64,000 bases of DNA from positions 1,302,001 to 1,366,000 of the forward strand of contig OZ251230.1 in the NCBI GenBank assembly GCA_965240325.2, given 5' to 3'. The stretch comes from Rebecca billardiae RCC1528 (Eukaryota > Protista > Haptophyta). Both the position numbers and the translations under genes were made by a program. Of this stretch, positions 21,381 through 32,259 are shown piece by piece; the stretch's first letter is position 1, and the number at the start of each line of letters is the position of its first letter. The notes beneath the pieces are model-generated. The model saw nothing but the letters and a program-made list of their open reading frames with translations, was not told the origin of the DNA and ran no database searches.

Positions 21381-22290
21381 GGCCTGTTTTATTTCTACCA
21401 GATTCCATTTACTATGTCACGGCGACAAACCCGTGCCCGCCAGTGGGAATCGGTGTCACGCCCCGTTCAGTGTTCCTCTCACGGCCGATGGCGGCCCCGG
21501 CGTGCGCGAGGAATGCGATTCCTGCACTCCTCGGTGACCGGTGAGTGCAGGAATCCAGTTGCGGCGCTCGTCCGCCTCGTCGTCGTCGCACACGAGGTAC
21601 ACTGAAGAGCACGGGTCAGAAGCCAGATCTCTCTGCGCGCTCGCGCCCGCGCGGCGAGGCACTGGCAGGCTTGTTCTGGCATCATCTTGGCCAAGACTGC
21701 AGCCTGCCAGATGCGCGAGGACGCGTGTGCACGCCTTTCCCGCGTCATGGGTGCGCGTGGCACGCACCCTGTCGTCATCTACGCCGAGGAGGCCTGAGCA
21801 ACCAGCCCACCAACCTGCCGTGACCACGTTCAAATGCAGGCGGCAAGCTGCATGCGAGCGCACGCAACGGAAGCATCTCACGCTCGACAAGGAAGTGGCG
21901 GCGGAGCGAGTGTAGCTGGTATCGTTTGCAGCCCATCGGTTGTTCAACAATCCTGGTTCGACAACTGACACGGGCGCGACGCAGCCAAGGCAGAGTGCTT
22001 GCAGCTCGCAGCGCGCCCGCAACTGCGGTTTGCCGCCGCGGCGCGGCGATCGTCACACCGCCGTGCGCTGCGAGTGACCTCTGTGTCATGGCGAAGCACC
22101 ATGGCAAGGCTAAGCAGCATGCCTTGGCAACACCTTTCGCTACAGCTCAGCGCCCTAGTACGAACATGCGCCAACGACGTGCCATCCCTACTCCGCAATC
22201 GCGCCGGCACCCACCACCAGCGGGCAAGCCGCCATTTTACCCGGTTTTGGCGAATGTCGCCGTTGGGCTCTCGTAGAAATAAAACAGGCC
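21381..22290. mobile_element. Nested 910-bp non-autonomous TIR element
   Basis: Perfect 18-bp TIR GGCCTGTTTTATTTCTAC / GTAGAAATAAAACAGGCC; AGTA on both flanks. Confidence 0.82.
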
Positions 22291-24151
22291 AGTAGCCGCT
22301 TAACTATACTCTACATAGCAGCTAGTCGTGAGACACCGTGAGAGTAGTGAGAGTGAGACTGATCATGAGAGTGACTGTGAGTGACTCGGTCAGTGCCAGT
22401 GATGTGAGTGCTGACGATTAGATTAGTGCGGCGCGCCGGAGGCTGATGTGAGGCTTTTGACGCTACTGCGCTAGCGCTGATGATGAGCAGCAGCGCTACT
22501 ATGACTATCGCGATCATGCATCGCCCAGGGCCAGTGGCAGTACCCAGTCACTCGGCTGCGCGCCAGATTAGTCCGCAGTCATAGTAGTGTGAGTAGAGCA
22601 CAATGTGATGACGAGCTGATGATATAGTCGGACGCACCGAGCTGTCTCAGCCAGCCGTCGGCGTCGTGAAATCAGAAATGAGGACGAGTCACGTATATAT
22701 ATGACCGCGTTCCGCGGTCCTTTTCTGCATAGAATCAACGCAGTTGGGGGCCCGCGGTGGCCGTGCAATCGCGGCTCTCCGCCGTAGTGGCAGTTCGCCA
22801 GTTGAAGTCGGTTCTGAGATGACTGAAGCTATATTAGTCCGACCGTCGCCCTGCCTGCGCGACCGCGAGACTCATTCACACTTCACACAATCACAGCAGC
22901 GGACCTGAGACCGCACCCGGCACCGGTCGTCAAATCGGACGTCCGTCTGACAACTAGCTGCCAAATGTCCAACTGGCTGATCAGCTCGGATCCGACCCGT
23001 CCGCGATCGTGCCATCGGCATCGGAATTACTACTAGTAGCTGCCAAACTGTGTCCAACTCTGGCTGATCAGCTCGGATCCGACCCGTCCGCGATCGTGCC
23101 GAGTGAGTCGTGCCGCGGAGCTCGGAGTACTGAAGGAGTCGGGTGTGACAGCAGGGTGCTTTAGCGCTGCGGCCCGTGCCAGCCAACGACCAGACGTACT
23201 CTGGCCACTTGACCCGTTGCACGGGTGAGTGACCGTACGCCCTGCCTAGTGCCTACCGCGCGCGCCGCGCGACCGGCGACTCGGGGTGATGGAGAGCGGA
23301 TGGCGACAGCAGCAGCAGTCCTCATGAAGACGATGAAACTGGCGGCACGGGTGCACGAGGTGGCAGGCGAAAGCGCGCCGACGAGACCGCATTTGACACA
23401 CCTGAGCCGCACGCGCGTGCCGTCGCCGAGCCGGCGAGCGCTGCAAACGCGCAACCGTACCGCGCGCGCCACGACGGCGCGGCACTAGCTGATGCAGGCC
23501 GTACTGCCGGCACTGCTTCTGCGATCATGCGCCACGGTCGCAGCTGACTGCGTGAGCAGCAAGCGGGAGGCGGGTCCGGAGGCACGTGCAGGCGCCGTCC
23601 CGCATATCCGCCATCGCCCATCGTGCCGGGGCACGTCACCTCCGACGATCCGGATCACGGATGTGGCCCAGTCCGGACGTCACGCGATCCGGGAAGACGA
23701 GTACGATTCGCTCGTAACGAACCGTTACACTAATGTCACGTCCAGCTGACGTCCAGATCGCACTTTACTTAAGGGAATCAGCTGGGCGCGGTTTTTTTTG
23801 GCCTGATAGACCTCTCAATGCGATCTCAAAAACTCGAAACTCGGTCTCCGCCAGCCCTAAAAATCGCCCCCCGTCCCTTTTTTTCCGCCGCCCCCCGTCC
23901 CTTTTTTCTTGATCAAAGATCTTTTTGAAACGTGGTTCGGGCCCGCTGGTGCGGGCTCCACGCTGCGCGCTCCGCCCTGCACCGCGGGCCATAATTATGA
24001 CGTACGACAGTATAGACGGGGTCGGGGGAGGGCAAGGCGGTACCGATTGAATAATTGATGCCTGATGAGGCGATTGAGTATTGACGACCGCAGCAGCAAA
24101 CTCCCTTACTCCCTCCCCGGCCGTCGAAAGCACCTGGTTTGAGAATCAGCG

Positions 24152-25243
24152 TCAACTGGCGCCAGACGCGCCGCCGCCCCAGCCGTGCATGCGCCTCCCA
24201 ATCAGCGCGAAGAGCTCGGGCTCGAAGGGCGCGTAGAAGGCGCGCAGCATGCGCGCAGTGCTGTTGTGCATCTCGCGGCCTGCCGCCTTGGAGTTGAGGT
24301 GCACGCTGCCGTGCGGGGTGTCGGAAGGGCCGTGCTTGTCCGAGACCTCGCGCCGCGCACTGGCCGGCGTCTTGGCCATTCGCACCAAGCTGCGCACAGT
24401 GCCCTCCATGTCGGCGATCAGCTCGTCAAAGTCGATCACGCGGATGGAGGACGCGCGGTGCCGCACGAACCACTGGCGCAGGTAGGGTGCATAGACGCCC
24501 ATGCGCACCGGCATGGCGCGCAGCTCGCCAAAGGGTACGCACCTGCGGTTGTTCTTTTCACACGCGCAGCCGGGCCAGTGCGCGCGCCCGTGCACGCGCG
24601 CCACGCGCTCGCAGCACGTCTGAAACACGTGGCGCTCGCGAGCGCTCGGCACGCCGTCGAGCATGTGCGCCGTGGGCAGCCCGCCGCAGCCGCGCGTGAT
24701 CGCGACGTCGAGCCGCGCGACCTGGTCGAAGCCGTCCACGTCGTTGGGCACCTTGAGCAGGGCGGGCCCCCCGTCGGAGTGCATCCCCTGGAAGAAGGAG
24801 GAGAACGCGCGCTGCGCCGGCTCGCGGAGGACGATCGCGATGGCCGGCGAGTGCAGCGACTCGCACACATGCAGCGCCACGCGCGGCACGAGGTAGTAGC
24901 GCGGCGTCTTCTCCGCGCGTATCTGCCCTTGGTGGCAGCGCGCCCACTCGTGTCCGTACGCGCGCAGGTCCGTGGGATTGACCGAGTGGTTGCGGAACCG
25001 CGGCTGATCGAAGAAGTGCATCTCCGACCTCCGGGTCCAGCACACGCTCCTGCTGTCGTGCAGCGCTTGGCCGAGGCTCGTCGTGCCGCCCTTCTGCACG
25101 CCGATCACGACGAGGTTGGGGAGCGTCGAGCTCGGCACGCCATGATGCTTAGGGCTACATCCTTGGTACAGCGCCGCCGCGCCGCTGCCCACGACGAGCA
25201 GGGCGCCAACCGCCACGCGCAGTAGTTGAACGCCGATCGCCAT
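24152..25243 (-). CDS. Golgi-type sulfotransferase (heparan sulfate 3-O-sulfotransferase-like)
   Basis: 5'-PSB LVVIGVQKGGTTSL, EMHFFD, EKTPRYY, 3'-PB LREPAQRAFS; N-terminal signal anchor from ATG 25243. Confidence 0.9.
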   Translation of the reverse strand: MAIGVQLLRVAVGALLVVGSGAAALYQGCSPKHHGVPSSTLPNLVVIGVQKGGTTSLGQALHDSRSVCWTRRSEMHFFDQPRFRNHSVNPTDLRAYGHEWARCHQGQIRAEKTPRYYLVPRVALHVCESLHSPAIAIVLREPAQRAFSSFFQGMHSDGGPALLKVPNDVDGFDQVARLDVAITRGCGGLPTAHMLDGVPSARERHVFQTCCERVARVHGRAHWPGCACEKNNRRCVPFGELRAMPVRMGVYAPYLRQWFVRHRASSIRVIDFDELIADMEGTVRSLVRMAKTPASARREVSDKHGPSDTPHGSVHLNSKAAGREMHNSTARMLRAFYAPFEPELFALIGRRMHGWGGGASGAS

Positions 25244-26092
25244 GGCCGTCGCGGCGGGTGACGCGGTCCTCACCAGCACGGGCACCCTGATCCAGCCTCG
25301 AGACAAGCTCAAAGCATGGAGGCGGCCGGATCGCGCGTGGGCACAGGGGTAGGGTGACTGGGCCGGCGGGTCGCTGGATGTGCGCCGTACTGTACGGATC
25401 CCAGAGCGCCTCTCGCGCGCCTCGGTTGAGGGCGGGGGACGTCTGCGCGCGGCTCGCGCCTTGCCAAAGTAGCGCACGTCGCTATGGGCGAAATCTGGCA
25501 CTGCGTGTGTGCGAGGGGTGCAGGCGCAGGGGGGGCGACCCGGATGAGGCTGACGCGTTGGGAGGGCGAGGTGAGCACCTCAGCACCACTCCCGCTCGGT
25601 AGAGTGCCCGCGGCCCACTCGCTACGTGCCTCCTTCTCCCCACACCGGTCCAAGATGCATGTGCTTTCGCATGGGCGCCGCCATGCGCCGCGCCGCGCCG
25701 CGCCGCCGCGCAGAGCGGTGTGCGTCGGTCTTCCGGCTGAATAGTGCGCTACGTGTGACGGCCAGGTTACATGCAGCTAGTATCGGGTTACTGAGGCGTC
25801 CACCGCATCCGAGGCCTCGTAGTCGTAGCCAGCTGCATCAGATTTGGAGCCGCAGGCAGTCCGGGACCACCGGTCCACTGACCGACCGGCGTGGCGCCAG
25901 GGCAGACCAGAGCTGCCGCGGGCTCGTACTCGTCAGCTAGTCAGATATGTCAGGCCCTGGCGCGACGCCCGCCTCGTCGCAGCCCACCTCCACGGCCGCC
26001 GTATGGCCAACCTGGGTAGCACTACCGGTGAGAAACTCCACCGTGCTGCGGGTAACACAGAGCAGGCGGCAGTCAACAGTAAATCCGTCGTC

Positions 26093-26150
26093 GTACAGTT
26101 CACTCAGATCGAATAAGAGACGCGCACAGCTCAGGCCTGCAGGCGAGATT
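26093..26150 (+). repeat. Dispersed ~50-bp repeat, copy B
   Basis: GTACAGTTCACTCAGATCGAATAAGAGACGCGCACAGCTCAGGCCTGCAGGCGAGATT. Confidence 0.85.
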
Positions 26151-27010
26151 GATGACGCCCTCCAGCCGTCACCGCCCAAGAAGCCGTCGCCGATGGTAGC
26201 AGGCAAGTAGCTAGTAACTGCTCACTCAAACTAATATAGTAGTTGCCAGCGCCTCCGTGCGACTGCGCTAGACTCACGTTACAAGCTACTACGGTCAGCC
26301 TATTCACATGGCGTCCGCCGCTCGCATTGATGCCACTGCCAGTGCCAGGCCGGGCGTCGTCGATCATACACTGACGACGTATATAACTCGACAGGCTGGC
26401 GCGCGGAATCAACTCTGAAAAAAACTACGATGATACGACGCCGCATTACGCGGGTCCGGCGGCCCGCGCGCCAGTCCCGTGCCAGCCCGTTGACTAATTA
26501 ATGACTCTAACACCGCGGGACCGCCGCGGTACCGGTACTCGGTAGCGTACTGTACTCGACGACATCACTTTTTTTACCGGCGGTGCGACTACACCTCCGT
26601 CTGTGTCGCCTCGCCTGTAGTCGATATCTGAGTCGGGCTGTGGCTCTCGCTGGAAGAAGGCGGTGAGGCCGCACATGCGGCGGCACACGGCGTGAATGAG
26701 GCGGCGGGCACTCCGCACTGCCGCGCCGGCCGAGTCCGCGGTCTGCGGAGGATGCGTGGTGCTCGGGCTGCTGAAGGCAACGGCAGTCGGCAGCGACATG
26801 TCGACACGTTCCATTTCCAAGAGGGTCCATCCGACGCAGGCGTGATCTCCCCAGTGCTGCCAGGCCCAGAGGTAGGGCGGCACGTAACGTACCGTCGGCC
26901 CACTATGTCTATGACCGGACACCGGTATTCAGCAGAGCAACACCAGCATACGCCGATGGTGATGGCAGTCGTGGTGCTGCATGTGGAGGGTGGGGGGAGG
27001 GAGCCCGCAA

Positions 27011-27493
27011 CTAGACGCTTGGTCGTAAGCCCGAGCGCGTCACACCCTGCACGCGCGATGTGCCCGCGTCAAAGTGAGAGGTGGTGCGCATCTTGCGGAA
27101 CGGCTCGTATGGCGCCTCGTCCCGCACGGCAGTCGAGCCAGCCCACTTGCCGGACTGGAAAGGGCCTTGTGGCTGCGAACGGGGATCGGCGAGCCCACTG
27201 AAACACTCCTTATGATATCGAAGCGCCAAGCGCGCGCCCCTGCGCTCGACCAACTCGGCCCCCAGCTGAGTGAACGGCTTTCGACACTCCCGGCACACGT
27301 GCCCCAAATCGTTCTTGGCCACCGTGCGGTGCAAGAAATCCCAGTACAGCGTCGAGTCGCCTGCGCCCACGCTCGCGGCGCTGACAGTACTCGCACTCCT
27401 CTGTGGGGGCTTCGGCCGCGGCGCGTGCTGGCCAGTCAGGCTGTTGCTCCTCGCTTTGGCTGGCGGCTGCTCCCTCGCTTCCATCCTGCTCAT
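27011..27493 (-). CDS. Small protein with PARP-type zinc-finger-like motif
   Basis: CRECRKPF...RYHKECFSG (CxxC...HxxC). Confidence 0.7.
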   Translation of the reverse strand: MSRMEAREQPPAKARSNSLTGQHAPRPKPPQRSASTVSAASVGAGDSTLYWDFLHRTVAKNDLGHVCRECRKPFTQLGAELVERRGARLALRYHKECFSGLADPRSQPQGPFQSGKWAGSTAVRDEAPYEPFRKMRTTSHFDAGTSRVQGVTRSGLRPSV

Positions 27494-27658
27494 CAACCAA
27501 AACTTTACGGTTACCCATCCTGGTACTCATTCGGTTACCCTCATTCCTCATTGTCCATTTGATCTACGGCCGTGTCCCCGCCGATTTGAGATTCAAGATT
27601 CCCCAAAAGCTCCAGACCGCAACCAGCTCATCATAAAATCCTATGGGGGTGTATGGGG

Positions 27659-27708
27659 GTACAGTTTGCTAAGAATAAGAGACGCACACAGCTCAGGCAG
27701 GCGAGATT
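27659..27708 (+). repeat. Dispersed ~50-bp repeat, copy C
   Basis: GTACAGTTTGCTAAGAATAAGAGACGCACACAGCTCAGGCAGGCGAGATT. Confidence 0.85.
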
Positions 27709-27825
27709 GTATCCAGGAAACGTCCGGGGATTTATGATTTGCTGGAACCCGGCCTTGCCCGGAAACATCGTCTCGCCGCAATCGGCACCACGTTCGCCTC
27801 GCGTCGGCTTTGGGGTTGAGCCGGC

Positions 27826-30384
27826 ATGCTCGCGGCACGGCGGGTTGGCGTCGCGCTGGCGACGTGGTCCGTTCTCGGCAGCGCATCCGTGCTCCTGGCC
27901 GGTATCGCGCTGCTGAGACGCATCCCACCCGCCCACACGATCGCGCTCACGAGCTTGGAAGGCACGGCGTGCATGATGAGTGCGACCGTGTTTGCGACAA
28001 CGTGCTTCACGCGGGTGCTTTCGACCATGGTGCGTGGAACCTTCACGTGGACGCACGCCGATGTCGTCGTCTTCGGCGTCAACCTTCTCTCTGCCGTCGC
28101 GAGCGCTCTGCTCGCCAGCACGCCCGTCGTCGCGTTTCGCGATCCGTACACCGGCTACCGCATGGTGCCTTTGCGCTGGCTGAGCTGGTGCACCTCGCTC
28201 TTCCTGCACATGCTCGCGATGGAGGGCGTGGCGAACGAGCGCGCGCCCCGCGCGCTCAGCGTCGCCCTCACGCACGCCGCCAGCGTCGCCATCGGCGCGT
28301 TCCTGCCGTTCGCGCCGTCGCTCAGCGTGTGGTGCGTCACGCTCGTGTACGCGCTGCTCGCGCTCTCGTCGCTGTACGTGCGCGCGGCGCAGCGGCTGCG
28401 CGAGCCGAAGGCGCGGCTGCCGCCGGAGAAGCTGGTGCAGCAGCACGTGCTGCGCATCACCTGCGCGTGCGCCCTCCTCTGGCCGCTCTTCCTCCTCTCG
28501 TACGCGGCCGCCGCCGTCTCGCGCGCATCGGACCAGAGCCACTTTGTTGCCGAGTGCTTGCTGGACGCGCTCGTCAAGCTCGTGGTGGCGACGTGCATGA
28601 GCGAGGTGCACGTGGGCGCGCGCATGATGGCGGAGCACAACGCGCACAAGGAGCTGCAGCGCCAGATGAAGCTCGCCTGGGAGCACGCCTCCGACACGCT
28701 GCTCGTCTCGCAGGCGCTCGACACGACCCGCCACCGCTCCGCGCGCGTGCACTCGGTCGCCTCGCTGTCGATCGTGCACCTGATGAGCGAGCGCGCGGCG
28801 CACAAGTGGCTGTGCGGGCACTACCACGAGCTGGATCTGGAGACGCCGGTCGAGACGCAGCGCGAGAGCCCGGGCGGCGCGCACGCGTCGCCGCCGCCGA
28901 CGGGCGGCGCGGCCGATCGGGGCGCGGGCGGCCGCCGCGCCGCGAACGGCGGCGACGGCGGCGGCGGCGGCGGCGACGGCGAGGCGGCGGCAGACGCCGC
29001 GGCCGAGCGCGACGTGCTGCACATCCTCACCCTGGCGTGGCAGCATGGCATGTCATCCTTCGAGTGCACGCTCACCTCCGGCAGCCTCATCGAGTGCGAG
29101 GTCCGCGTGACGCAGGCGGTGGACGAGCACTACCTCGTGGTCGTGATGCGAGACGTCACCGAGCGCGAGCGCGCGCGCCGCGACGAGATGGAGCGGCTCG
29201 AGCGGACGATCTCGAAGCGCAAGGACGAGGAGGCGAACCGCTTCACGCGGCACAAGGTGAAGAACTCCGTCCTCTCCGCGATCGCGGTCTGCGACGAGAT
29301 GCTCGACTCCGGCGTGCGCGACCAGCGCCTCGCGCGGCTGCACAACCTGCTGAACGCGACGCTGCACACGATCGGCTCGGTCACGGTCGCGCGCGACGTG
29401 GTCAACGGCATGTACACGCCCAAGGTGGAGCCGGTGCGGCTGGACTCGGTGTTCGCCGACTCGCCCGGCGTCAACGTGCGCATCTCGGACGAGTCGGCGC
29501 AGTGCGTCTCCTCCGACCGCTGGATGCTCCACTTCATCTACCACAACGCGCTCTCGAACGCGGTCAAGTACGGTGCGGACGCTGACGTCGACGTGCGCGT
29601 CGCCGCGTGCGACGGCCGGCTGCAGTTCGAGGTGGAGAACAAGCCCGGCGCGAACCACGCGGTGCTGCGCGCGCTCGAGGACCCGACCACCGTCTTCAGC
29701 AAGGGCACGCGCTTCCACGACTCGGGCGACAGGTCCGCGGGCGACGGCGCGTGGATCGCGGAGAAGTGCGCGCACGCTCTCAACGGCTCGGTCTCCATCA
29801 CCTTTGACGAGCGCTCGACCACGTTCGCCTTCGACGCGCCGATGGCGGCGTGCACCGAGCAGCTCGAGTCCGTCTCGTTCGAGGTGCCGCAGGACTGCAT
29901 CGCCGTCGGCATCGACGACGACCCGGTGCAGCGCATGCTCCTCGGCGTGATGCTCTCCTCGCAGCTGCGCATCTCGAACGAGCGCGTGCACATCCTCGGC
30001 GACAACGACGACCTGTGCGTGCTCAAGGAGCTGCTCGTGCAGATCGTGCGCAACGCGCCCGCGCGCGTGCTCATCCTGTGCGACGAGAACCTCGACGTGG
30101 GCACGCCCACGCGCTTCGTCGTCTCGGGCTCGCTGTGCCTCAAGGAGGTGCTCCAGGAGCTCGGCGAGGCGGACGCGGCGCGCGTGCTCGGGCTCGTGCG
30201 CTCGGCAAACGACGGCGACGCGGACGTGCTGTGCTACCTCCAGCGCGTGCACGGCTTTGTGCCCAAGCTGCCGCTCAGCGCGGACGAGCTGCGCAAGCTG
30301 ATCGCGCACGCGTGGTCCAACCGCTTCGTCGACCACGGCTCGTGCGACTCCTCGTTCGACCGCCGCTACAGCCTGAGCGCGTGA
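27826..30384 (+). CDS. Hybrid histidine kinase with N-terminal microbial-rhodopsin-like 8-TM domain, PAS-like region, HisKA, HATPase and receiver
   Basis: LRWLSW (helix C-like), LLDALVK (helix G DxxxK), VMRDVTER (PAC end), RHKVKN H-box, NALSNAVKYG N-box, GDGAWIA G2, IDDD / LCDEN / PKLP receiver motifs. Confidence 0.88.
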   Translation: MLAARRVGVALATWSVLGSASVLLAGIALLRRIPPAHTIALTSLEGTACMMSATVFATTCFTRVLSTMVRGTFTWTHADVVVFGVNLLSAVASALLASTPVVAFRDPYTGYRMVPLRWLSWCTSLFLHMLAMEGVANERAPRALSVALTHAASVAIGAFLPFAPSLSVWCVTLVYALLALSSLYVRAAQRLREPKARLPPEKLVQQHVLRITCACALLWPLFLLSYAAAAVSRASDQSHFVAECLLDALVKLVVATCMSEVHVGARMMAEHNAHKELQRQMKLAWEHASDTLLVSQALDTTRHRSARVHSVASLSIVHLMSERAAHKWLCGHYHELDLETPVETQRESPGGAHASPPPTGGAADRGAGGRRAANGGDGGGGGGDGEAAADAAAERDVLHILTLAWQHGMSSFECTLTSGSLIECEVRVTQAVDEHYLVVVMRDVTERERARRDEMERLERTISKRKDEEANRFTRHKVKNSVLSAIAVCDEMLDSGVRDQRLARLHNLLNATLHTIGSVTVARDVVNGMYTPKVEPVRLDSVFADSPGVNVRISDESAQCVSSDRWMLHFIYHNALSNAVKYGADADVDVRVAACDGRLQFEVENKPGANHAVLRALEDPTTVFSKGTRFHDSGDRSAGDGAWIAEKCAHALNGSVSITFDERSTTFAFDAPMAACTEQLESVSFEVPQDCIAVGIDDDPVQRMLLGVMLSSQLRISNERVHILGDNDDLCVLKELLVQIVRNAPARVLILCDENLDVGTPTRFVVSGSLCLKEVLQELGEADAARVLGLVRSANDGDADVLCYLQRVHGFVPKLPLSADELRKLIAHAWSNRFVDHGSCDSSFDRRYSLSA

Positions 30385-30910
30385 GCTCTGAACAGCCGCT
30401 CCGGCGCGGACCGGCGCCTCGCGAAGCGCCTGGCCCTGCTCGTCAAACTCACCACTCCGAAGCAATTTGGTGCACCTCAGTCCTCGTCACCGTTATTCAG
30501 TGTTCATCCTCAGCTTCCACCTCCACCAGATTCCATCCACGATCGCGCACTCGACCAGATCTGCCGTCGTGCTGCAGCAGCTACTCAGAGCTAGGCCATG
30601 CTTATTATTAATACTAATATAGTCGAATATTATAATATAGTAATTAATAGATAATTAACTAGATAGTAGTCGTATTATTAATAAATAATAATTGACTACA
30701 TCATTGGCGCATTGCATGGTGCGCACGCTGTTCGGACGACACGACAGCAGTAGTAGATATATTACATATGCTGCTGAACTTTGCGCGCGGCGGAATAATG
30801 CGCCGAACTCAGACGATGCCCACCTAGCTGCTAGCAGCTGAGTCGACGACGACATTGTGACGGCGCCCGATTACAAGTATGCCGCATCATCGTCTGCCAC
30901 TCGGATACGG

Positions 30911-32227
30911 CTACCAGTCGTCTGCCATCACGGCGTCGATATCACCATCGCCGCCGTCGAGGAGCACGTCGATGACGAGCCGGTGGTTACGCGGGTCCTC
31001 GCGCTGGTACGTCCACTCGCGGTACTTGGCCTCGATCTCATTCCACTGCCGCCGCGCCGCGCGGCCGTAGTGGAAGGCGCCGCCCGCGGGCGCGCGCGCG
31101 GTCGGCGCCTCGCCGTACCTCCGCGGCGGCTTTGCATCCGCCGCGGGCAGGTCGTTGAGCGCGCTGCGGAACGCGGCAGCCGAGCTCCACTTCTCCTCGT
31201 CGTGCGGCACCTCCGACTCGTGCAGGACCCGGAACACGACGAAGTGAAGGTACATCGAGCGCACGACCGCGGACCAGTGCGCCGCGAGCGCGCGCGCGTG
31301 CGGCGCGAGTGTGCGCAGCAGCTGCCGCCTCGCGTCTGGCCCGAGGATCTCGAGGTGGTTGTGCAAGAAGATGAAGGTCCACGCCTGCACCTTGAAGTGG
31401 TCCGAGAGCAGGAAGCGCACGAGCCGCTCGATCAGCTTGACCAGGATGAAGTTGGGCGGCAGCGGCTGCTGCGCGGCGTGCAGAGCCGTGAGCCACGTGC
31501 CGAGGTGCTTGAGGGCGCCGTGCACCGACATGGCGCGGTGCGAGCCCGCGCGCGAGAAGACGACCAGCGTGAAGACCTGCAGCAGCGCGGGGTTGTGCAC
31601 GATCTGCGTGGAGACGCACTGCCCGAGCGACTCGGGCCATCGCTCGGAGGGGCGCCGCTTCGCCTCGAGCAGCAGCGCCTGCGGGCGAGGGGCGGGCGTC
31701 GAGCTGTGAGCGGCGGCGCGCGCGCGCGCGCGCGCGCGCGCGCAGGCGACGCGGCCAGGCGGCGCGGCGCGGCCGGCGGCGCGGCGGGTGGCGGCGGGGT
31801 GCGGCGCGGCGCGCAGGCCTCACCTTGATGAGCTGCGCGTAGCCGTTCACCGCCTGCCACATGAACCCCGCGCGCAGCATCCCGCCGGGCGCGTACTTGG
31901 AGACGTGCTCCGTCCAGTGCAGAAAGAAGGTGAAGAACAGATGGCCGCGGTTGCGCAGCCGGTCGAGCCAGACGTCGCCCGCGCGCGTGAGGAGGTGCTT
32001 CTCGTGCGCGCGGCGCGCGTGCGTCGCCGCGCCGTCCTCCGCCTGCTGCAGCCGGTCCCACACGAGCGTCCACAGCGGGTCGGTCACGCCGAAGCCCATG
32101 CCCACCGCCTGCGCATCCGTCGCGTCCGCCATTGCAACATTCACCACGTTGCCGCCTGGCTCGCACGCGCGCAGCGTCTCCAGTGGGTACGAGCCCGCCT
32201 CGTCGGCCGCGTCCGCGCACGCGTGCA

Positions 32228-32259
<32 letters not shown>

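Larger units (their letters stand above)
19596..23990. mobile_element. Non-autonomous foldback/composite-like element with ~1.28-kb inverted arms (19596-20878 and 22700-23990)
   Basis: Mirror-image ORF sets in the two arms; termini GGCCCGCGG...CCGCGGGCC; ATAAT directly flanks both outer ends (19591-19595 and 23991-23995). Confidence 0.85.

Noticed and set aside
19594-23749. Short ORFs in the inverted arms and nested element as a transposase
   Set aside because: All are under 190 aa with no DDE, HUH, tyrosine-recombinase or RT motifs recognised.
26494-26922. 142-aa minus-strand ORF
   Set aside because: Non-ATG start, no recognisable motif, and it lies in repeat-like intergenic DNA.
27659-27708. 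ATAAGAGAC in the dispersed repeat as a Tn5/Nextera adapter
   Set aside because: Only 9 bp match the mosaic end, and the four copies are mutually diverged like a genomic family.
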